Shown: in pieces, positions 26,305 through 36,190 of the stretch | Layout of the letters: every line of letters starts with the position of its first letter | Position numbering within the stretch: the first letter of the stretch is position 1 | Assembly: GCA_026396015.1 (NCBI GenBank) | Contig: JAPLXP010000007.1 | Coordinates: forward strand, 1 to 48,005 | Length of the DNA: 48,005 nt | Direction: 5' to 3' | Origin: Candidatus Nomurabacteria bacterium | Lineage (GTDB): Bacteria > Patescibacteriota > Minisyncoccia > Phycocordibacterales > UBA9973 | The notes under the pieces: model-generated | Told to the model about the DNA's origin: nothing | Database searches by the model: none | What the model saw: only the letters and a program-made list of their open reading frames with translations | Program-made: the position numbers and the translations under genes

Positions 26305-27171
26305 ATGAATCTCACAGATGAAAAAATAAAAGTTCTCGAATCTCGGGCAGAAAAAATTCGCGAGAGCATCATCGAGATGCTCGTCGAAGCTGGATCTGGT
26401 CATACTGCAGGACCACTGGGTATGGCAGATATTTTTACACTTTTGTATTTTCATGCACTCCGACATGATCCTCATAATCCAGAATGGAGAGAGCGTGATC
26501 GACTAGTATTGTCCAATGGGCATATATGTCCTGTATTGTATGCCACTATGGCACATGCGGGGTATTTTCCTATTTCTGAATTAAAGACCTTGCGTAAGTT
26601 CGGTAGCCGTCTGCAAGGCCATCCACATCGTGAATTCATGACTTATCTGGAGACTAGTTCTGGACCGTTGGGCGAGGGTATGGGCCAAGCTATCGGTATG
26701 GCTCTAGCAGATAGAATAGACTTTGGAGACAATACTGATAGATTTATCTACTGCCTGACTGGTGATGGAGAATTGAATGAGGGAATAAATTGGGAATCTA
26801 TAATGCTCGCAGGAAAAGAAAAACTTCGTAATTTAATCGTGATTGTAGATCGCAATAATATTCAGATAGATGGATATACAGAGGACATCATGCCACTTGA
26901 TAGTCTGACTAAAAAATTCCACGCTTTCAATTGGCATGTCGAAGAAGTCGACGGTCACAATTTTGAGATGGTGAACAGTGCCATAGATATCTGCAAGGCG
27001 GTATATGAAAAGCCTTCTGTTATCATCGCACGTACTATCCCAGGCAAAGGTGTAAAAGAATTTGAACGTGATTATCATTGGCATGGCAAGCCACCCACAA
27101 AAGAAGAGGGTGATATGGCTCTACGTGAACTACGTACTCTAGGAGGCAAAATTACAAGCGAACATCAATAA
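26305..27171 (+). CDS. tkt: transketolase, N-terminal (TPP-binding) subunit
   Basis: GSGHTAGPLGMADIF, LSNGH, and GDGELNEG motifs. 288 aa split form. Confidence 0.9.
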   Translation: MNLTDEKIKVLESRAEKIRESIIEMLVEAGSGHTAGPLGMADIFTLLYFHALRHDPHNPEWRERDRLVLSNGHICPVLYATMAHAGYFPISELKTLRKFGSRLQGHPHREFMTYLETSSGPLGEGMGQAIGMALADRIDFGDNTDRFIYCLTGDGELNEGINWESIMLAGKEKLRNLIVIVDRNNIQIDGYTEDIMPLDSLTKKFHAFNWHVEEVDGHNFEMVNSAIDICKAVYEKPSVIIARTIPGKGVKEFERDYHWHGKPPTKEEGDMALRELRTLGGKITSEHQ

Positions 27172-27172
27172 A

Positions 27173-28183
27173 ATGCTCAATCCACAATTACATTTAAATA
27201 CGAAGATTTTTGATAAAGACGTAGAGCAGGCGCCGACTCGTAAAGGTTTTGGGCTGGGCTTATTACAAGCTGGTACAGACAATGAAAATATTGTCGCTCT
27301 TTGTTCTGATTTGACTGAGTCTACACAGATGCATCTATTTAAAGAAAAATTTGAAAAAAGATTTATAGAGATGGGCATAGCCGAGCAAAATATGGCGACA
27401 GTAGCGAGTGGTATGGCAGCGATGGGAAAGATTCCATTCATGTCTTCATATGCGATGTTCTCTCCGGGCCGCAACTGGGAGCAGATCCGAACTGCAATAT
27501 GCTACAACAATAGAAAGGTGATAATAGTAGGATCTCATGCTGGTGTGTCCGTAGGTCCGGATGGAGGTACACATCAAGCTATCGAGGATATAGCTCTGAT
27601 GCGTGTGATACCCAATATGACTGTAGTATATCCATGTGATTCAGTAGAGGCCAAGAAAGTTACTCTCGCATCTGTATACAGTCGTACACCAGTATATATA
27701 CGCCTCGCTCGTGAAAAGAGCCCGATCATCACTACAGAGGATACACCTTTTGAGATAGGTAAAGCTCAGATATTATTCGTACCAGATGTAGGGTTGGCAC
27801 AGGTAGGTATCATCGCTACTGGACCACTACTATCTCGTGCACTATTTGCAGCAAAAGAATTAGAAAAGAAGGGTATTCGTGTAAAGGTCATGAACCTTGC
27901 TACTATCAAGCCACTGGATACAAAAGCCATAGCAGAATTGGCTCGCGAATGTAAAGCCATCATCACAGTAGAGGAGCATCAAATAGCAGGTGGAATGGGT
28001 AGTGCGATAGCTGAATATCTAGTAGGAGAGTATCCTGTGCCTATGGAGTTTGTAGGTGTAGCTGATGCCTTTGGTCAGTCTGGAACCCAAGATGAGTTGA
28101 TAGCCCACTACAATCTAGATACTACAAATATTGTCAAAGCAGCCGAAAAAGTATTAGAAAGAAAGAGTAAAATATACCAATAA
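27173..28183 (+). CDS. tkt: transketolase, C-terminal (pyrimidine-binding) subunit
   Basis: FIEMGIAEQNM, GPDGGTHQAIEDIALMR. Starts 1 nt after the N-subunit stop. Confidence 0.9.
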   Translation: MLNPQLHLNTKIFDKDVEQAPTRKGFGLGLLQAGTDNENIVALCSDLTESTQMHLFKEKFEKRFIEMGIAEQNMATVASGMAAMGKIPFMSSYAMFSPGRNWEQIRTAICYNNRKVIIVGSHAGVSVGPDGGTHQAIEDIALMRVIPNMTVVYPCDSVEAKKVTLASVYSRTPVYIRLAREKSPIITTEDTPFEIGKAQILFVPDVGLAQVGIIATGPLLSRALFAAKELEKKGIRVKVMNLATIKPLDTKAIAELARECKAIITVEEHQIAGGMGSAIAEYLVGEYPVPMEFVGVADAFGQSGTQDELIAHYNLDTTNIVKAAEKVLERKSKIYQ

Positions 28184-28187
28184 ATTT

Positions 28188-28406
28188 ATGAAGGAAATTT
28201 TAAATACAGCGAATGAAATAGTGAGAACAAATCCAATGCAAGAGATAAGGGCGTTGATGCAGCAGATTCAGCAAGAAGGTAATGTTGATTCAGAGTTAAC
28301 AGCATTTAATTGTATTTTGGAAAAAATTAAAAAAGAAGAAATAACTCCAGAAGAAGGTTTAACTCAAGCTCAGCATATGATAGATAGAAGACAAAATTAT
28401 CATTAA
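28188..28406 (+). CDS. hypothetical protein (72 aa)
   Basis: Track ORF immediately after tkt, followed by a terminator. Confidence 0.4.
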   Translation: MKEILNTANEIVRTNPMQEIRALMQQIQQEGNVDSELTAFNCILEKIKKEEITPEEGLTQAQHMIDRRQNYH

Positions 28407-28440
28407 AAAATTCCCTCGACTTTAGTCGAGGGAATTTTTT
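28405..28440. terminator. bidirectional intrinsic terminator
   Basis: AAAAAATTCCCTCGAC ttta GTCGAGGGAATTTTTT. Confidence 0.85.
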
Positions 28441-28443
28441 AAT

Positions 28444-29436
28444 TTATATTTTTTGTATTTTGTAATCTTCTGGAGCATTTTGTAAATATTCTAGGAGTTG
28501 CTCTTGGGTGAGGAGTCCCTTTTGTGCTCCTACTTGTTGAGTCACAGACATTGAATTTATTGGTGCCCACATGAGTGCTTCTTCTAATGTCTTGCCCATA
28601 CATAGTACTGTAGCTAGTGTAGATGCAAATGCATCTCCTGCACCAGTACGCTCAATGGCTTCCTTTGGGAAGATCGGCATAAAGTAATATGTACCATCCG
28701 TATCTTTTGCATATGCACCATTCATACCATCAGTGACTACTACGATCTTTGGTCCCAATGCATTGATACCATCCATCAATACTTTTAGGTCATGGTTTTC
28801 TGTGTTTAGGATTCTCTGAGCTTCTTCCTTGTTGCAGAAGAATACCTCTGTATGATTGTAGATTGATTGTAGGAGGTCTATTCCTAGCTTCATCTGAAAT
28901 GTTCCAGGCTGAAAAGCCAATTTAACGCTTGGATTTTTTTCTAGGTATGCAGCTATTTGCTCGTGGTATTCTGTAGAATTTGCTGCGAGTGATGATAGGT
29001 ACATCCACTTTGGTGCAGGTAGATCCATAGGGAATGCATAAGGGAATTCTGTATGTTTGACGAGGATTGTACGCTCTACATCGTACCAGAGTACATAGTG
29101 GTAGTTAGAAGGCATACCATTTACTGTCTGCATCAAGTCAATCTTTACACCATTGTGTGTGAGCTCTTCTAGGTTTCCTTTGCCTATCTCATCATTACCA
29201 TTGTATGACATCAGATATGAATTTACTCCGAGACGAGCAGCCGATACTGCAGCATTGGCACTATTGCCCACAGCACGACAGACCTCTACACTCTCATAGG
29301 GTACCTTGTCGCCAAAACGAAGACACAATTTACAGTGTTCCTTGTTTATGTCGCAAGTTTCTTCAGCATCCTTTATTCTGATAAATGGCTCTGTGACTAC
29401 ATCGCCAATTGCTAAAAAGTCGATTTGTTTTTCCAT
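28444..29436 (-). CDS. PfkB/ribokinase-family carbohydrate kinase
   Basis: PfkB fold signatures, including the C-terminal TGAGDAF motif. Start set at MEKQ (29436) because the track ATG (29445) lies inside the -10 box. Confidence 0.8.
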   Translation of the reverse strand: MEKQIDFLAIGDVVTEPFIRIKDAEETCDINKEHCKLCLRFGDKVPYESVEVCRAVGNSANAAVSAARLGVNSYLMSYNGNDEIGKGNLEELTHNGVKIDLMQTVNGMPSNYHYVLWYDVERTILVKHTEFPYAFPMDLPAPKWMYLSSLAANSTEYHEQIAAYLEKNPSVKLAFQPGTFQMKLGIDLLQSIYNHTEVFFCNKEEAQRILNTENHDLKVLMDGINALGPKIVVVTDGMNGAYAKDTDGTYYFMPIFPKEAIERTGAGDAFASTLATVLCMGKTLEEALMWAPINSMSVTQQVGAQKGLLTQEQLLEYLQNAPEDYKIQKI

Positions 29437-29443
29437 GTGCACC

Positions 29444-29466
29444 ATTATATCACAGTGTGATATAAT
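29444..29466. promoter_or_regulatory. 23-bp perfect palindrome holding two back-to-back extended -10 boxes (divergent pfkB-family / fba promoters)
   Basis: ATTATATCACA-G-TGTGATATAAT. It reads TGaTATAAT on both strands, 7 nt from ATG 29436 (-) and 8 nt from ATG 29475 (+). Confidence 0.65.
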
Positions 29467-29474
29467 TTAAATAT

Positions 29475-30341
29475 ATGAAAACATTGCGTGAATATGTAAA
29501 AGAGGCAAATGAAAAAGGTACGGCCATTGGCCACTTTAATATTTCAAATTTAGAAGGATTACATGGTATCTATCAGGCTGCAAAAAAGCTTGATGTTCCA
29601 GTGATTATTGGTTTGTCAGAAGGTGAGGAGGATTTTGTGGGTAGGACAGAGGCTGTCTCTATGATCCACAGTCTACGTGAAAAAGAGAATTTTCCAATAT
29701 TCTTGAATGCTGATCATCATTATAGTTTTGAGAGAGTAAAGGAGGCTATCGATGCTGGTTTTGATGCTGTCATTATCGACGGTGCAGCAAAATCTCACGA
29801 GGAGAATATCACCATGACAAGGAAGTGTGTTGAGTATGCCCGCAAGATCACATCAGAGACTGGACGAGATATTCTAGTAGAGGCAGAGATTGGATATATT
29901 GGATCTGGTTCAAATATAAAAGAGACAATTCCCGAAGGCGCAGGTATCAAGACAAAACCTGAAGAAGCTAAATCTTTTGTTGATGCTACTGGTATCGACA
30001 TGCTAGCTCCATCAGTAGGTAGTATTCATGGACTCATCAAGAGTGGCAAGCCACATATCGATACAGATTTAGTCCGAGAGATTCGTACTACTGTAGGTAT
30101 ACCTCTAGTATTACATGGTGGTTCTGGTTTACGTGATGAGGACTTTGTGAATGGTATAAAAGCTGGTATCAATATCGTACATATCAACACTGAAATACGT
30201 ATAGCATTTGATGAAGCAATAAAGAAATCTATCATAGATAATCCAGACGAAGTTGTACCTTATAAATTATTAACACCCACAGTAGATGCTATCGAAAAAG
30301 TCGTCGAGAATCGTCTAAAATTATTCAATGGAATAGTATAA
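29475..30341 (+). CDS. fba: class II fructose-bisphosphate aldolase
   Basis: GHFNISNLE, LNADHH, VLHGGSG motifs; 288 aa. Confidence 0.9.
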   Translation: MKTLREYVKEANEKGTAIGHFNISNLEGLHGIYQAAKKLDVPVIIGLSEGEEDFVGRTEAVSMIHSLREKENFPIFLNADHHYSFERVKEAIDAGFDAVIIDGAAKSHEENITMTRKCVEYARKITSETGRDILVEAEIGYIGSGSNIKETIPEGAGIKTKPEEAKSFVDATGIDMLAPSVGSIHGLIKSGKPHIDTDLVREIRTTVGIPLVLHGGSGLRDEDFVNGIKAGINIVHINTEIRIAFDEAIKKSIIDNPDEVVPYKLLTPTVDAIEKVVENRLKLFNGIV

Positions 30342-30345
30342 AATT

Positions 30346-32085
30346 ATGTTCTTATTTAAATCAGATTTAAAAAGAGTTTTCAAAGGGGATATAGATGACA
30401 GTGAGGATGCTATAAAAACTTACTCTAGAGATGCTTCATTGCTTGAAGTTTTTCCGCAAGTAGTCGTATACCCTAGAGATGCAGAAGATATAAAGAATCT
30501 AGTGATATGGGTCAATCAAAAAAATATCCAGATCAATGATGATAGCCATCGTCTGTTTATTACACCTCGATCAGCAGGTACATGTATGGCAGGTGGTGCT
30601 ATAGGTGAGTCTATCGTTGTAGATTTCATGCGATACATGAATACTATCGAGAGTGTGAATATTGTGACTCCTTTTGCTATTACACCAAAATTCCCAAATG
30701 CGAATCCAGTAGAGATATCAGGCGAGGCTAGTGTTATGCCTGGTGTGTACTATCGTGATTTTGAGCCAAAGACTTTTGAAAAGGGATTACTCTTGCCTTG
30801 CTACACAGCATCAAAGAGCCTCAATGCTCTCGGTGGTATGATCGGCAATAATTCTGCCGGTGAAAAGACACTAGGTTATGGAAAGACAGAGGACTATATA
30901 AAGGAACTATCTGTTGTATTTTCTGATGGACGTGAATACAAAGTCGCTCCGCTTACTAAAAAGGAATTGTATGCCAAGATTGCCCAAGGGGACTTTGAGG
31001 GTAATATATACAAAGATATTTTTGCAATAATAAATGACAATAAGGATGAAATAAAAAATGCGAAGCCAGCAGTATCCAAGAATTCTGCAGGATACTATAT
31101 CTGGAATGTATGGGATGCAGAAAAAGAAATTTTTGATCTTACAAAATTGATAGTAGGTTCACAGGGTACACTAGGTATAGTGACTCATATGAAGCTACAC
31201 CTAGTAAAGGTAAAGCCAGCATCAAAATTGGTAGCTGTATTCATGAAGGACCTGACAAATCTAGGAGGTATCGTAGGTCAGATTCTCACACACAAGCCCG
31301 AGAGCCTAGAATCATACGATGATGCTACTATGAAGCTCGCGATAAAATTCTTCCCAGATTTCCTCAAGAAAAAAGGTCCATGGGGGATGCTCAAATTCAT
31401 GTTTTCATTCTTGCCAGAGGCAGGACTCATGGCTTGGAAAGGATTTCCAAAGCTCGTCTTGCTCGTAGAGTTTGCTGGAGAGAATGAGAAAGAGATAGAT
31501 CAAAAAGCTCGAGACTTGGTAAAAGATATCTCATCATTTGGTTTTGGTATGAGAGTCACTTCATCTCAGGCAGAATCTGAGAAATATTGGGATATTCGTC
31601 GCGAGAGCTTTGCTCTACTACGCAAGCATGTAAAAGATTTGCACACTGCGCCATTCATTGATGATATTATCGTAAAGCCAGAGCTGCTGCCTGAATTCCT
31701 CCCAAAGCTCCGAGCGATATTGGATCAATATCCTATCACATATACTATCGCAGGTCATGCAGGAAATGGTAACTTCCATATCATCCCTCTGATGGATTTT
31801 AGAGAAAAGAAAACTGCTGATATTATTCTAGAATTGTCAGACAAGGTATATGATCTAGTATTCCAATACAAGGGATCTACTACTGCAGAGCACAATGATG
31901 GTATCATCCGAGCTCCATTCCTGAAACAAATGTATGGAGAAAAAATTTACAGTATTTTTGAAAATACTAAAAATGTTTTCGATGTAAAAAATATTTTTAA
32001 TCCTGGTAAAAAGGTAGGTGCTACAAAGGATTATATCCGTGCACACATTGTCCAAGAGGGGCATGAACATAGTCATAAGATATAG
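30346..32085 (+). CDS. FAD-linked oxidase (D-lactate dehydrogenase / GlcD-like)
   Basis: N-terminal FAD_binding_4-like domain (PRSAGTCMAGGAIG) and a C-terminal FAD-oxidase_C-like domain (GHAGNGNFH, GSTTAEHNDG). Confidence 0.8.
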   Translation: MFLFKSDLKRVFKGDIDDSEDAIKTYSRDASLLEVFPQVVVYPRDAEDIKNLVIWVNQKNIQINDDSHRLFITPRSAGTCMAGGAIGESIVVDFMRYMNTIESVNIVTPFAITPKFPNANPVEISGEASVMPGVYYRDFEPKTFEKGLLLPCYTASKSLNALGGMIGNNSAGEKTLGYGKTEDYIKELSVVFSDGREYKVAPLTKKELYAKIAQGDFEGNIYKDIFAIINDNKDEIKNAKPAVSKNSAGYYIWNVWDAEKEIFDLTKLIVGSQGTLGIVTHMKLHLVKVKPASKLVAVFMKDLTNLGGIVGQILTHKPESLESYDDATMKLAIKFFPDFLKKKGPWGMLKFMFSFLPEAGLMAWKGFPKLVLLVEFAGENEKEIDQKARDLVKDISSFGFGMRVTSSQAESEKYWDIRRESFALLRKHVKDLHTAPFIDDIIVKPELLPEFLPKLRAILDQYPITYTIAGHAGNGNFHIIPLMDFREKKTADIILELSDKVYDLVFQYKGSTTAEHNDGIIRAPFLKQMYGEKIYSIFENTKNVFDVKNIFNPGKKVGATKDYIRAHIVQEGHEHSHKI

Positions 32086-32176
32086 TTAGATAATAGATAA
32101 AATGCTCAAGATCATAAATCTTGAGCATTTTTGACATTTGGATAAAAACATGATATTTTAAAGAAAAGTTACAATT

Positions 32177-32467
32177 ATGAACAAAGATAAACAATACATT
32201 AAAATAGGCCTCGCCTTTTTTCCTTTTGTAAATCCTTACCTAGAATTTTTTGATGAAAATCATAAATTTTCTAAAGACAGCCCTCTGTCTATCGATGTCG
32301 ATGGTGATGAGATTAATATAAATATTTATATTAAAGATTTATATCAAGAAGGTATTTACCTTAAGATAAAGGATGCCCTAGAATCTTATGATAAAGACCA
32401 AGAATATATAGATGCATATTGCCGATCTATAGAAACAAAAATTCCTAAAGAAAAAATAATTCAATAA
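32177..32467 (+). CDS. hypothetical protein (96 aa)
   Basis: Track ORF followed by the terminator at 32488-32516. Confidence 0.4.
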   Translation: MNKDKQYIKIGLAFFPFVNPYLEFFDENHKFSKDSPLSIDVDGDEININIYIKDLYQEGIYLKIKDALESYDKDQEYIDAYCRSIETKIPKEKIIQ

Positions 32468-32487
32468 AACTAAGAAACATTTTTAGT

Positions 32488-32516
32488 AAAACACGTTGTA
32501 TTTACAACGTGTTTTT
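32488..32516 (+). terminator. intrinsic terminator
   Basis: AAAACACGTTGTA ttt TACAACGTGTTTT. Confidence 0.8.
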
Positions 32517-32539
32517 CTTTTTAGTTATCCACATTTATT

Positions 32540-32606
32540 GTGGGTTTTTTTGTTGCAGTGTGGGATGAAGTGGAGTATAATGTAAACAGGTGGGATACAG
32601 TGGGAT
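32540..32606 (+). promoter_or_regulatory. dcw (mra) promoter with five 10-bp-phased GTGGG(A/T) MraZ boxes
   Basis: GTGGGT 32540, GTGGGA 32560, GTGGAG 32570, GTGGGA 32590, GTGGGA 32600. TTGCAG (32553-32558), a 17-nt spacer, then TATAAT (32576-32581). Confidence 0.75.
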
Positions 32607-32709
32607 TAAAGCAATTTATTAAAATTGCTCATCCGAATAAATATTTTCTGATATTTGTTTTAGGATGATTTATTTAATCATTTTCATTAAAATATTTCAC
32701 AAAAATTGT

Positions 32710-33144
32710 ATGCTAATCGGAGAATATAAACACACACTAGATGAAAAGAATAGAATGTCTCTCCCTGTTAAATTCCGCAAGGAAATGGGGAAGTGTGTCG
32801 TAGTAGCTCCAGGTCTTGATAACTGTCTTTCTCTGTTCACTGTAAAGGAATGGGAAAAGATTTCAGAAAAGCTTTCTGAGTCATCAATGCTTTCTGCTGA
32901 CAATAGAAGTTTCTCGAGATTTATGTTTGGACAGGCAGTCCTAGCTGATGTGGATGCCAGTGGCCGAATATTGATTCCGGAAAATTTAAAAATTCGTTCA
33001 AAGCTCGCTCGTGAGGTTATCGTCATCGGTGTACAGAACCGGGCAGAAATCTGGAATGAGAAGGCTTGGAATGATTACAAGAAAGTGGTTGAAAAAGAAG
33101 CCGATGCATTGGCTGACAAATTAGGAGGAGTAGGTGTCCTTTAA
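32710..33144 (+). CDS. mraZ: transcriptional regulator MraZ
   Basis: Two DxxxR SpoVT/AbrB-like repeats (LDEKNRMSLP and VDASGRILIP). The track start (32665) adds an implausible N-terminal extension. Confidence 0.9.
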   Translation: MLIGEYKHTLDEKNRMSLPVKFRKEMGKCVVVAPGLDNCLSLFTVKEWEKISEKLSESSMLSADNRSFSRFMFGQAVLADVDASGRILIPENLKIRSKLAREVIVIGVQNRAEIWNEKAWNDYKKVVEKEADALADKLGGVGVL

Positions 33145-33149
33145 AATAT

Positions 33150-34043
33150 ATGAAGCATATTTCAGTATTACTCAATGAGACTGTGGATGGATTAGCTATC
33201 AAAGCAGGAGATATCATCGTAGACGGGACCCTCGGTGGAGGCGGTCATACAAAGGAGATCGTCCGCAGATATGGCAGTGCAGTAAAGGTGATTGGCTTGG
33301 ATTTGGATAGCGATGCTATGCACAGAGCAGAATCCAATCTAGTAGATACAGACCACGATACAGTATTCAAAATCGCAGGATTTCAAGATATGGATAAGGT
33401 ATTGGATAATTTGAATATTCCAAGTGTAGATCGAATCATGCTAGACCTGGGTATCAGTTCATTTGAGTTAGACATAGGAGGTAGAGGATTCTCATTCTTA
33501 CGTGATGAACCACTATTGATGACAATGAAGAAAAATCCTGACGAAGAAGATATTACGGCTATGGATATCGTGAACAATTGGCAAGAAGAAAATATCGCAG
33601 ATATCATATACGGTTTTGGTGAAGAGAAATTATCCAGAGTCATAGCCCGTGCGATAGTGGCTGCAAGAAAGGAGAAGAAGATAGAGACCACATTTGATCT
33701 AGTAAAGATATTGGACGAATGTATCGGTCGCAGATATAAAGGTTTAAAGATTCATCCTGCTACTCGAACATTTCAAGCATTACGCATAGCGACAAATAGC
33801 GAGCTTACGAATTTAGAAAAAGTAATCGAAAAAGGTTTTCATAGATTATCATCTGGAGGACGAATAGCCATAATCAGCTTTCATAGTCTAGAAGACAGAA
33901 TAGTCAAAAGAGCATTTGTAAAGTTAAAGGAAGATGGAGTAGCTACAATCATCACAAAAAAGCCTATAGTTCCAACAACTGAAGAGATAAAAGAAAATAG
34001 CCGATCACGCAGCGCAAAACTAAGAGTCATCGAAAAATTATAA
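33150..34043 (+). CDS. rsmH: 16S rRNA (cytosine1402-N4)-methyltransferase
   Basis: HISVLLNE...DGTLGGGGH...DLGISS...SFHSLEDRIVK...SRSAKLR. Confidence 0.95.
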   Translation: MKHISVLLNETVDGLAIKAGDIIVDGTLGGGGHTKEIVRRYGSAVKVIGLDLDSDAMHRAESNLVDTDHDTVFKIAGFQDMDKVLDNLNIPSVDRIMLDLGISSFELDIGGRGFSFLRDEPLLMTMKKNPDEEDITAMDIVNNWQEENIADIIYGFGEEKLSRVIARAIVAARKEKKIETTFDLVKILDECIGRRYKGLKIHPATRTFQALRIATNSELTNLEKVIEKGFHRLSSGGRIAIISFHSLEDRIVKRAFVKLKEDGVATIITKKPIVPTTEEIKENSRSRSAKLRVIEKL

Positions 34044-34057
34044 TTAATCTAAATAAA

Positions 34058-34384
34058 ATGAATAAAGCAAAAACAATTACACAAACCTTATCAAATGATA
34101 CAAATGCACAACGCACAGTATTTAAATTTTTGGTGAGTTCTCTTGTTTTGTTGTCTTTGGTTTATATTTATTTTATTGGTTCTATTACTTTCAATGTTTT
34201 GGCTCGAAAGTCTTTGGAGAATAATATGCGAGAAGTGGGTAGTAGTGTGAACAATCTTGAGCTTACGTACCTTTCACTATCAAACTCTGTGGATAAAAAT
34301 TTTGCACTATCTTCTGGCTTTGTCGATGCCTCTGCACCAATCTTTGCAACACGCGCGGGTGTGTCTCGTGTCGCATTTAGATAA
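34058..34384 (+). CDS. FtsL-like small bitopic membrane protein (assigned by position)
   Basis: One TM helix followed by a short periplasmic segment. It occupies the ftsL slot between rsmH and ftsI; its stop overlaps the ftsI ATG by 1 nt. Confidence 0.45.
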   Translation: MNKAKTITQTLSNDTNAQRTVFKFLVSSLVLLSLVYIYFIGSITFNVLARKSLENNMREVGSSVNNLELTYLSLSNSVDKNFALSSGFVDASAPIFATRAGVSRVAFR

Positions 34385-36096
34385 TGAATACAGCAGGATT
34401 TAAATCACGTATACGAATTATTTCGGTATGCGTTTTTTTATTTGCTGTTGTTTTGATTTCAAAGCTTTTCTTTGTTCAAATCATTCACAAAAATTCTTAT
34501 TTAGAAAAAGCTGACAAACAATACACTACACCATCTGGTAATATTTTAAATAGAGGGTCTATATTTTTCACAAAGAGAGACGGATCTGTTGTGGCTGCTG
34601 GGGCTATGATGTCTGGATTCAAAGTCGCTATAAAGCCCAAGGATGTAAAGGATCCAGAAGCTCTATACACTATATTGTCCCCATATCTTAAAATGGACCA
34701 TGATACATTCATATCCAAGGCCAGCAAGAAATTTGACCCTTACGAGGAGGTGGCCAGTCACCTTACAAAAGAGGATGCTGACAGTATTACAAAGTTGGCA
34801 TTGCCTTATGTATCGATATACAAAGAGAAATGGCGCTTTTATCCTGGTGGTAGCCTCGCATCTCAAACGCTAGGATTCATCTCTTACAAGGGTGATGACC
34901 TGACTGGTCAGTATGGTATAGAGAGATTTTATAATACGACATTATCAAAGCCAAAGGATCAATCTTATGTCAATTTCTTTGCTGAAGTTTTTTCTAATAT
35001 CAAAGATACTGTATCAGGACAAGAGAATGGTGATATAGTCACTACTATCGAGCCTACAGTTCAGCAGACACTAGAGAGTGAGATGAAGAAAACATTTGGT
35101 CAATGGAATGCAGATGAAGCAGGAGGAATAATTATGGATCCGAAAACAGGTGAGATATACGCCATAGCTGGAGTACCAGATTTTGATTTAAATGAATTTG
35201 GAAAAGTTGATAGTATGAAGGTGTATCGGAATCCTCTCGTCGAAGATGCATTTGAATTTGGATCTGTTATAAAGCCACTCGTGATGGCAGGAGCTGTAGA
35301 TCAAGGTGTGGTCACACCACAGACCACATACTACGATGCAGGATCTGTAACCATAAACGGCAAGATAATAAGCAACTTTGATAAAAAAGGACGCGGTGCA
35401 AATACTACAATGCAGCACGTACTCGATGAATCTTTAAATACCGGAATGGTCTTTGTCGAAGGTAAGATGGGTCATGAATCATTTCGTAATTATATGAAGA
35501 GTTACGGAATAGGTGAGAAGACTGGTGTAGATATTCCAAATGAAGTTAGTGGTATTACAGGTAACCTCTCTGGCAAATCTCATGACTTCGAATATGCTAA
35601 CATGTCTTTTGGTCAGGGTTTAGCTTTAACTCCTATGCAAGCAATTCGTGCGTTCTCTGCTCTTGCAAATGGTGGTAGTCTAGTAGTGCCTCATCTTGTA
35701 AAGCAAATTCGTTATGATAATGGGCTCTCAAAGGAGATAGTCTATGCTCCGATTAAAACAAATCTACTCAAGAAGGAATCTACTGACACAATTACTGCTA
35801 TGTTGGTTCATGTATTTGAATCATACGGCAAAGGTTCTTATATAATTCCTCATTATAGTGTCGCCACAAAGACTGGAACTGCGCAAGTAGCCAAAGAGAG
35901 CGGTGGAGGCTATTATAAGGACGAGCATATGCACTCATTCTTTGGCTTTTTCCCAGCTTATGAGCCCAAATTCATTGTTTTCTTGTTCTTGAAGAATCCA
36001 AAGAATATCAATTATGCTTCTCAGACTCTGATATCACCGTTTGTCAATATTACTAAATTCTTATTAAATTATTATGATGTTCCGCCAGACAGATAA
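34384..36096 (+). CDS. ftsI: penicillin-binding protein 2 / FtsI-type transpeptidase
   Basis: N-terminal TM anchor, a dimerisation domain, and SVIKP (SxxK), SLN (SxN) and KTGT motifs. Confidence 0.9.
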   Translation: MNTAGFKSRIRIISVCVFLFAVVLISKLFFVQIIHKNSYLEKADKQYTTPSGNILNRGSIFFTKRDGSVVAAGAMMSGFKVAIKPKDVKDPEALYTILSPYLKMDHDTFISKASKKFDPYEEVASHLTKEDADSITKLALPYVSIYKEKWRFYPGGSLASQTLGFISYKGDDLTGQYGIERFYNTTLSKPKDQSYVNFFAEVFSNIKDTVSGQENGDIVTTIEPTVQQTLESEMKKTFGQWNADEAGGIIMDPKTGEIYAIAGVPDFDLNEFGKVDSMKVYRNPLVEDAFEFGSVIKPLVMAGAVDQGVVTPQTTYYDAGSVTINGKIISNFDKKGRGANTTMQHVLDESLNTGMVFVEGKMGHESFRNYMKSYGIGEKTGVDIPNEVSGITGNLSGKSHDFEYANMSFGQGLALTPMQAIRAFSALANGGSLVVPHLVKQIRYDNGLSKEIVYAPIKTNLLKKESTDTITAMLVHVFESYGKGSYIIPHYSVATKTGTAQVAKESGGGYYKDEHMHSFFGFFPAYEPKFIVFLFLKNPKNINYASQTLISPFVNITKFLLNYYDVPPDR

Positions 36097-36108
36097 ATAT
36101 ATAGCGTA

Positions 36109-36190
36109 ATAAAGTTTATTCATTTTTGAACGGTCTGGCCGAATGTACTCATGAGGAGATCCGAGGACCTGAAAAAAGAATAAACTTTAT
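36109..36190. repeat. 82-bp element bounded by perfect 13-bp terminal inverted repeats (MITE-like or structured RNA)
   Basis: ATAAAGTTTATTC (36109-36121) pairs with GAATAAACTTTAT (36178-36190). AGCGTA occurs on both flanks (36103-36108 and 36193-36198). The interior is GC-richer. Confidence 0.4.
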
